Positions 15,199 to 21,667 of a stretch of DNA of 21,667 nucleotides are shown piece after piece (positions within the stretch are counted from its first letter, which is position 1; each line of letters starts with the position of its first letter). The notes under the pieces were generated by a model. The model worked only from the letters and a program-made list of their open reading frames with translations, made no database searches and had not been told where the DNA came from. The position numbers and the translations under genes are program-made. Source of the stretch: a bacterium (GTDB lineage Bacteria; SZUA-182; DTGQ01); NCBI GenBank assembly GCA_040752695.1, contig JBFMGO010000103.1:1-21667 (forward strand), given 5' to 3'.

Positions 15199-18100
15199 TT
15201 GATAAATGACAGAACCATACGCCTTTGGGATATTGACTCCGGCCGCCAGGTGAAAGTATTGGAGGGACATTCTGGCCCAGTCAATTCAGTTGCTTTCAGC
15301 CCGGGTGGGAAAACCCTGGCATTTACCTCTCTTGATAACACCGTTCGCCTTTGGGATATTGACTCTGGCCGCCAGGTGAAAGTATTCAAGGGGTATTCTT
15401 ATTTGTTTGCTTCAGTAGTTTTCAGCCCGGGTGGTAACACCTTGGCCTCTGCCTCGTGGGATAGCACCACACACCTTTGGAATGTTGCATCTGGCCGCCA
15501 GGTGAAAGTATTGGAGGGGCATTCTGATCCTGTCAATTCAGTAGCATTCAGCCCGGATGGAAAAACCCTGGCCTCTGCCTCGTGGGATGGAACCGTGCGC
15601 CTTTGGGATATGCAGAACCTTGCCCTCATCAGAACCATGTTGGGAGGACAAAAGGGAAACTGGATATCCTGCGATAGTGATGGTAAATGCATCCGCCATG
15701 ATGATGGAACGCTTCTGATACAGATAGATGAAAACGACGCTAATAATGGTAACGATAATAACGGTACAATAATCCCTGTCCTGCCCCAGGTCAAAAGGTT
15801 GCCCTCGCAACTAGAAATCATTGATTTCCCCCAAAAGCTCATCTCCGGCGATGGTACAGTAGTCAAATTCTCTATCAAGATAAAGAATACAGGCCAGAAT
15901 CGCGCATATTGGCTGAATATTATTCATGACATTACCCGCGACCGGAAAAATCAAAACCCGCTTATATTCCATCCCCCCTCTTCCATCATGAAAATAGAGC
16001 CTGAAGAGGTAATAGAGCTGCCATGCGGTATCTCATCGCTTTCAGAATATGCCAACCCGCAAGGGAAAGAGGCTATTCTCCGCTTAACCATCACCAGCGT
16101 CTATGGTGCCGCGCATGCCTTAGAGATTCCGGTACAAACCCTGACCCCGGCTCTGAGTCTGGTTCAGGCAAAGCTCCAGCAGGGAGATAATACTCAGAGT
16201 CTCCTGGTAAGTTTAAAAAACATCGGTGGCCAATCCCTCAAAAAAACCCTGTTTACAGCGACAATTTCAGAGCTTAAGGCTCCCCTCGACACGGTCGAAA
16301 AGTTGGAGCTGCCATCAGGCCAGATGGTGAACCTTTCCTTTGCTCTCCCCAAAGGTACCAGGCTGAATAAAAAGGCTACACTTTCCCTCTTTGCCAGCAA
16401 AGTTGATCACCCTGTCCATGAATGGGTTTTTATTAACCGGCCCATCGCATGGCCAACACCTCCCCTGTTTCTCTATGCCATTTTTACGGTGCTTATGCTG
16501 ATCACTCTAGCCGGTATCTATTACTTTCGCTTATATCATCACCCGCTCGTGGTACGGCTCTCCAGCCAGCCTGCAACGCTCATGAATATTGCCTTTGATC
16601 AGCTCTCTGACACCCGAAAGCTGCTTCGCCGCACAGGCCGCCTGAAGGCAGTATTGTCGGCCAATTCCATTCAGGTGAACACCCTGGAAAAAGCAATTGC
16701 CTTTTTCAGCAGTATAACTCCTGACGAAAAATGCAGCTATTTGGCAGCCCGCTTAAGTGCACAATACAGCCCTGAGCCGAATGGCTACCCGAAGCCTAAT
16801 GGCCATCCGGAACCTAACGGCCATCCTGAGCCGAATGGCCACCCTGCGCCAAATGGCCACCCGAAGCCTAATGACCATCCGGAGCTAATTGGTCACCCTA
16901 AGCCGAATGGCCGCCTTCCGCTGTTTTCTTTGCGCATGGGAGAAGATTTCATCCTGAATATGGAAAAATGCTTTGCGCTGTTTCCGCCTGAAGACATGGA
17001 TGCTCAAGAGCTCATCAGCCGGTTGCGCCCGATAGGCACTATCAGGGAGCATATAAGCCTCGTGATCTGCCTGACTCCAGACCAGCAAAGAGAGTTGCGG
17101 AAGATTCCTCACGACTCAGGATTAATCCTGGTAGTGCCGGACAGCAACGAACTGACCAGACTTCTTCTCTCCCCGCAGCCCCTGATCGATTTTGCCCAGC
17201 TTATGTCCTCTCAGGTTAGTATAATACGCATCTCTCCCTACCAGACGGCAGGGGGATTATCGAAAGAGTCGAAATTTTTTGGCCGCACCCGGTTGCTTGC
17301 GCATATCATGAACCGGGAACTCACTAATTATTTCCTGATAGGGGCGAGGCAGATTGGAAAAACCAGTCTCCTGAAGGCCATAGAAAGGCGGTATCAAGAG
17401 CATCCCCAGGTAGAATGCCATTACCTGCCCCTGACGGAGACCTGCAGTATAGAGGAGCGGCTTTTGAGTGCACTCAAATTGAAAAATATGGACCCCTCCG
17501 GAGTTTTTGCCTATTTGCGGGAGGAGTCCCCGCAGGGTAAAGTCCGCCTCTTTCTGCTCGATGAGGTCGATCCATTCATAAAGCGTGAGGCAGGTTGTGG
17601 CTATCCGACACTTCAGCACTTCAGGAGCCTGAGTGAGCAGGGGTGCTGCCATTTTATATTGGCAGGTTTCTGGTGCCTTTGCCGTTCGATTACCCTGGAT
17701 TACCATTCACCCATTAAAAATTTCGGGGAAAGCCTGTCCATCGGTGCCCTGGAGTATGAGGCATGTGAAGCTCTGGCTGTAAAGCCTATGGCTGCCATGA
17801 ATATCCGCTATGAATCCACCGAGCTTCTCGAAAGGATCATTAACCTGACAGGCCAGCGCGCCAATCTGATAGCCTTTATCTGTAGCGAAATCCTGCAATC
17901 CCCATCCATGGATATGAAGAGCCGGGTAATTAAATCCGACGATGTGCAGTATGCCCTGGCCAGCTACAATTTCCGGAAAGCGCTGGCTGGCTGGGAGTAC
18001 TTCTTCAGTGGCGGCAATGAAAATGCGCCCCTCTACGATCGCAGAGCAGACCACTTGAACCGCCTCATCGTCTATGCCACCATAGGCATGGAGAAGCCAT

Positions 18101-18312
18101 TTAGCCTGGCTGATGTATTAACCCTCCTCAAGGGGCGCAACTACAACTGTACCCTTGAAGAGGTTAAGCAAGCCCTGACTATCCTGGAACTGGCCTTTAT
18201 TCTCAAACAGGAAAATAATGCCTATACCTATCAGGTACCAATATTTCAGAATCTGCTCAGGGCAAGCGGACCAGAACACCTTCTGGCCTCTGAACTGGAA
18301 AGTGGGTATTAA
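15199..18312 (+). CDS. WD40-repeat / TM / P-loop ATPase (STAND-like) protein, apparently 5'-truncated
   Basis: About 3 WD40 repeats (GH..PVNSVAFSP.GKTLAS.S.D.TVRLWD) and a TM helix LFLYAIFTVLMLITLAGIYYF. ATPase motifs SPYQ...FFGR, GARQIGKT and LLDEVD. The ORF begins mid-repeat with no RBS. Confidence 0.8.
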   Translation: MINDRTIRLWDIDSGRQVKVLEGHSGPVNSVAFSPGGKTLAFTSLDNTVRLWDIDSGRQVKVFKGYSYLFASVVFSPGGNTLASASWDSTTHLWNVASGRQVKVLEGHSDPVNSVAFSPDGKTLASASWDGTVRLWDMQNLALIRTMLGGQKGNWISCDSDGKCIRHDDGTLLIQIDENDANNGNDNNGTIIPVLPQVKRLPSQLEIIDFPQKLISGDGTVVKFSIKIKNTGQNRAYWLNIIHDITRDRKNQNPLIFHPPSSIMKIEPEEVIELPCGISSLSEYANPQGKEAILRLTITSVYGAAHALEIPVQTLTPALSLVQAKLQQGDNTQSLLVSLKNIGGQSLKKTLFTATISELKAPLDTVEKLELPSGQMVNLSFALPKGTRLNKKATLSLFASKVDHPVHEWVFINRPIAWPTPPLFLYAIFTVLMLITLAGIYYFRLYHHPLVVRLSSQPATLMNIAFDQLSDTRKLLRRTGRLKAVLSANSIQVNTLEKAIAFFSSITPDEKCSYLAARLSAQYSPEPNGYPKPNGHPEPNGHPEPNGHPAPNGHPKPNDHPELIGHPKPNGRLPLFSLRMGEDFILNMEKCFALFPPEDMDAQELISRLRPIGTIREHISLVICLTPDQQRELRKIPHDSGLILVVPDSNELTRLLLSPQPLIDFAQLMSSQVSIIRISPYQTAGGLSKESKFFGRTRLLAHIMNRELTNYFLIGARQIGKTSLLKAIERRYQEHPQVECHYLPLTETCSIEERLLSALKLKNMDPSGVFAYLREESPQGKVRLFLLDEVDPFIKREAGCGYPTLQHFRSLSEQGCCHFILAGFWCLCRSITLDYHSPIKNFGESLSIGALEYEACEALAVKPMAAMNIRYESTELLERIINLTGQRANLIAFICSEILQSPSMDMKSRVIKSDDVQYALASYNFRKALAGWEYFFSGGNENAPLYDRRADHLNRLIVYATIGMEKPFSLADVLTLLKGRNYNCTLEEVKQALTILELAFILKQENNAYTYQVPIFQNLLRASGPEHLLASELESGY
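16771..16914 (+). repeat. 8 x 18-bp coding tandem repeat (PEPNGH-like)
   Basis: PEPNGY PKPNGH PEPNGH PEPNGH PAPNGH PKPNDH PELIGH PKPNGR. Confidence 0.9.
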
Positions 18313-18354
18313 TCATTTTTAAGTATATCATTCTTCCGGATGATTGCTTGCATA

Positions 18355-18845
18355 TTTACTGGATTGCACCTCTTTACTGGATTGCACCTCGGCTCAGGTG
18401 ATGATTCAAACGGTATATACTCAAACGGTATATACTATGAGATTTCCCAAGGAATAACTTCTCCATTTTAAGACAGGCTCATAACAGCCGCTGAAATTTT
18501 CCTCAAAAAAACAGTCTTGGCAATTTTTCCCGCTCCAGGAAGTAAAGCGCTGCTGTATATGAGTCATTACCTTTTCATAAAAACTACGGCTTGTCGCTTG
18601 CTGCCCCTTGCAAGATTCCACCCTGCCTCCTGCCCCATACACATGCTCCCTGCTCCATGCACATGCTCCATGCCCCCTGCTCCTTGCTCCTTTGTCTATG
18701 CCGTAGCAGGGCCTGCCTGCCTTATTACATCCGAAGAGCCATCCTTTTAAAAAACCGGTCTTTTCTTACGTGGCATAGGTAATGCTTTCTTGCATGGTTC
18801 AAGTAACATCAAATATCTTATGATTCAAGTAAAATCAAATATCTT
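18355..18845. repeat. intergenic cluster of short tandem duplications
   Basis: 18 bp x2 (18355-18390), 15 bp x2 (18406-18435), degenerate heptamers (about 18620-18690), 26 bp x2 (18794-18845). Confidence 0.8.
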
Positions 18846-18908
18846 GATGTATTGTGCAAAGCTTTTTAGGGTGTGATTTTTGGTCATGCAGAGGGGGAGA
18901 TAGTTACA

Positions 18909-20072
18909 TTGAATATAAGAAAGACTATTATAGTATGTTTTGTTACATTGGTTATGATAACCGGTTGTGATGGATACCGTGATAATACCGGTAATAATAA
19001 TGACACCAGCGATAATGACAGCATGGCTGTTACCAGTCCCCTTGTGGATCAGGACGCAGATGGTTACCTCAATGATGTGGATTGTAATGACAACGATCCT
19101 GAAATGTACCCTGGCGCACCGGAAATTTGCGGAGACGGTATAGACCAGAATTGTGACGGCAGTGACCTTGCCTGTCCTCCTGCCGGTGGATTAATAGACA
19201 CACGGGCGAAGAAAATCAGCCCGACGGAATTCACTTTCGAAGTCGATGTTTTCGTCGTTGACGGCAATTCAGACCCAATCCATTCACTCCATGACCAGAG
19301 TTTCACTATTACGGATTTTACATCACCTTCCGGTACTCATTTTAGCTTTTCACTGGAATACTCAGAACCCTTGCAAACTCCCTATCAGGGTGGATACTCC
19401 GCTGTTTTGCTTATGGATCAGAGCAAGAGCGTTACCATTACGGACCCGCAGGATTTGCGAATTAATGCCGCTAAAATATTTTTTCACTCTTTAGGGCCAA
19501 ATGACAATGCATTATTAGCCGCATTCGCTTCAGGGGGAAATATCCCCTATCAGTTCACTTCCTGGGGAGGCTTCGGCAAATCGAACTATGACGCTGTTCT
19601 CGATACACTGGCAGCCAATGAAGGGGGAGGAACCCCCTTATACGATGCAGCGATCACCTTTATCCATAAAGCAGAAAGTAATGCACCAAACCACAATAGG
19701 GCGGTTATTCTTTTTACGGATGGCGTAGATACGGCAAGTACGAGAATGGTATCGGATGTGGTAACTGAAGCGGAAAAGAGCGATGTCAAAGTGTTTACCG
19801 TCGGATTAAGTAATGGCGTCAACCAGGCTGTCCTTTCGCAAATGTCCATTCCAACGGGCGGTTCAATGATGTTTGCCTCTGATGCATCCAAGCTCATATC
19901 GTTGTTCGGGGCACTTGGGAATCTGCTCGAAGGTGATATGGCATATTACAGAACATGCTGGAGATTGACAAGCGATAAGGAATTATTCAGTTTCTGGCTT
20001 ACCACATCCGTTAACATAACGATCCCGGATGGCAGTTCTATTTCTGTCCCGATCTATATTGAAATTGATTAA
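18909..20072 (+). CDS. lipoprotein with a MopE-like putative metal-binding motif and a vWA domain
   Basis: Lipobox MITGC. Motif DADGY...DCNDNDPEMYPGAPEICGDGIDQNCDG. MIDAS elements DQSKS, GGTPLYDA and ILFTDG. Start TTG 18909 after GAGGGGG (the ORF track gives 18873). Confidence 0.85.
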   Translation: MNIRKTIIVCFVTLVMITGCDGYRDNTGNNNDTSDNDSMAVTSPLVDQDADGYLNDVDCNDNDPEMYPGAPEICGDGIDQNCDGSDLACPPAGGLIDTRAKKISPTEFTFEVDVFVVDGNSDPIHSLHDQSFTITDFTSPSGTHFSFSLEYSEPLQTPYQGGYSAVLLMDQSKSVTITDPQDLRINAAKIFFHSLGPNDNALLAAFASGGNIPYQFTSWGGFGKSNYDAVLDTLAANEGGGTPLYDAAITFIHKAESNAPNHNRAVILFTDGVDTASTRMVSDVVTEAEKSDVKVFTVGLSNGVNQAVLSQMSIPTGGSMMFASDASKLISLFGALGNLLEGDMAYYRTCWRLTSDKELFSFWLTTSVNITIPDGSSISVPIYIEID

Positions 20073-20313
20073 ATTCGTCTTGCCCCGCGCTTACGGAAAA
20101 ACGGTTGATACGAAAATAGCAGAGCTCAAAGCAAGGCCGCCTTGCCCCGCGTGTGTACGGAAACGGAGGAGAGAAGATTGAGTGTATACGAAATGTCAAC
20201 TCACCTTGCCCACGGGTGCAGGGGACAGAAAAGCACGGGGCTCCCAATCCATCCGGTCCCCTGCGAGAACCTTTCACTATCACGAAGTCCCCTCGTTCGA
20301 TCCTGGCCAGACT

Positions 20314-21667
20314 TCACTGTGAGAGCGAACGGTTCGTAGGTTCTCCCCCTGATGGCTGGATGAAGATTTTGAAATGCGAATAATCCACGTGATCATCCTC
20401 ATACCCTTCTTCATGCTCATACCCTTCCACATACACATGTTCTTTTTCTTCTGCCGCTTCTTCTACCGCCGGGCACACGATCTGAACGACGCGGTCGCCT
20501 TTCTCCCACATGGGAGGGCTGCCCTGCACGAATTTGACGAAACTCAGGAATCCAGCCACATTTAAGGACACAAAATAAAAGGGGAAAAAGAAAATCTCCC
20601 GTAAAGCCTGAATTAACCTCATACCAAGCTCTCCCATCCAGTTTAATCGGAATGTCTCATGGAGTGCCGGTTCCGGGCACTTCCTTTTTACTTTTCAAGT
20701 AACACATAAAACCCAGCAGGGCCACAAAGTAAAAGGAAATCTGACTTCCGATCAGATATCGATACATCGATCCCTGACGAACTAAAAACAGGTTGCTGAT
20801 CAGGGCTGTCATCAGGAAAAAAGGCAAAAACCAGCGGATTATCTTGTGAGACCACAGGATATACGCGATCAGTCCCCGGCTCGGCAAAAGAAGCGGGGAA
20901 ATATACTTGAGCCCATGAAAGTTGCCTGCGCCTATCCGCACTTTTTGCGAAAAAGAGTCCTTCACCCTGACGCAGGTGTCTTCCAGTGCCCTGACCTGCG
21001 GGTCACTGATGGCCCGGTATCCGGATTCGATAATGCGCAGGGTGATCACAAAATCATCCATAATCGTCTTGTCGGTCGGCAGTGGCTTGAATAAAGCCTT
21101 GCGGATAGCGTAAATGCCGCCGTTCGCTCCGGGAAGGGATGCGATATTTCCCTCTTTGATCTTGACCCAGGTTTCGTAGTTCCAGAATCTGCTCTCGATC
21201 ATGCCCAAGGGGTTCCCTCTCACCGGGCGAAACTGCAACCTGCCGGACACACAGCCGATTTGAGGATCGACGAAATGGCGGATCAGCTTTCGCACCGCGT
21301 CCTTTTGAACAAAGGTGTTGGCATCGGAAAAGACCACGATCTCTCCCCTGACCTGGGGCACACAGATGTTCAGTGCGTTGCTCTTTCCTCCCCTTACCCG
21401 TACGGGAATAAAGGTGAGAAGACCCTTTCTTTGATAGCGGCCAATGATTTCATCCGTGCCATCGTCGGAGCAATCCGAGGCGAAAACGATTTCGAGTTTA
21501 TCCTTCGGGTAATCCAGCGAGAGACAGTTTTCGATTTTCTCCTGAATGACCTGCTCCTCGTTATGGGCCACCACCACAAAAGAGACGAAGGGGAAAAAGC
21601 TCTCATCGACCTCGTGGCCCTTTTTGCTTAAGACGATGTTTAAGATCCAGATAATCAATGGGTAAAG
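20314..21667 (-). pseudogene. glycosyltransferase family 2, frameshifted near the 3' end (starts right of the window)
   Basis: VVAHNEE, DCSDDGT, FSDAN, GANGGIYAIR and DDF motifs in 20657..21658. The typical C-terminus FPFYFVSLNVA...WEK lies in another frame (20314..20637). Confidence 0.75.

Noticed and set aside
18421..18782. Short ORFs in the intergenic region
   Set aside because: They derive from degenerate heptamer repeats, with no clear RBS or recognisable domain.

Overview
Positions 1 to about 15184 hold the repressor-side portion of a Mu-like transposable prophage or element, mostly on the - strand. Reading from the right, it carries a repeat-rich end, an XRE repressor (+), a Ner/Cro-like regulator, a 953-aa MuA-type DDE transposase, a MuB-type ATPase, Gam, GemA, a DnaC/IstB-like ATPase and an excisionase-like HTH protein. 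The operon then runs without head or tail genes into a three-gene module ending in a polysaccharide deacetylase, followed by a BRO-N antirepressor with a structured C4-like leader. The element appears to have inserted into a host WD40-TM-ATPase gene. The host flank also has a vWA lipoprotein and a frameshifted GT2 glycosyltransferase. The most unusual signal is a 32-33-bp hairpin-forming repeat found 7 times inside five early ORFs, always in the same orientation and frame (consensus peptide QDRVKNPCHSS). A second 17-bp motif is dispersed about 10 times through the same region. All calls come from reading the sequence by eye; no database searches were run.
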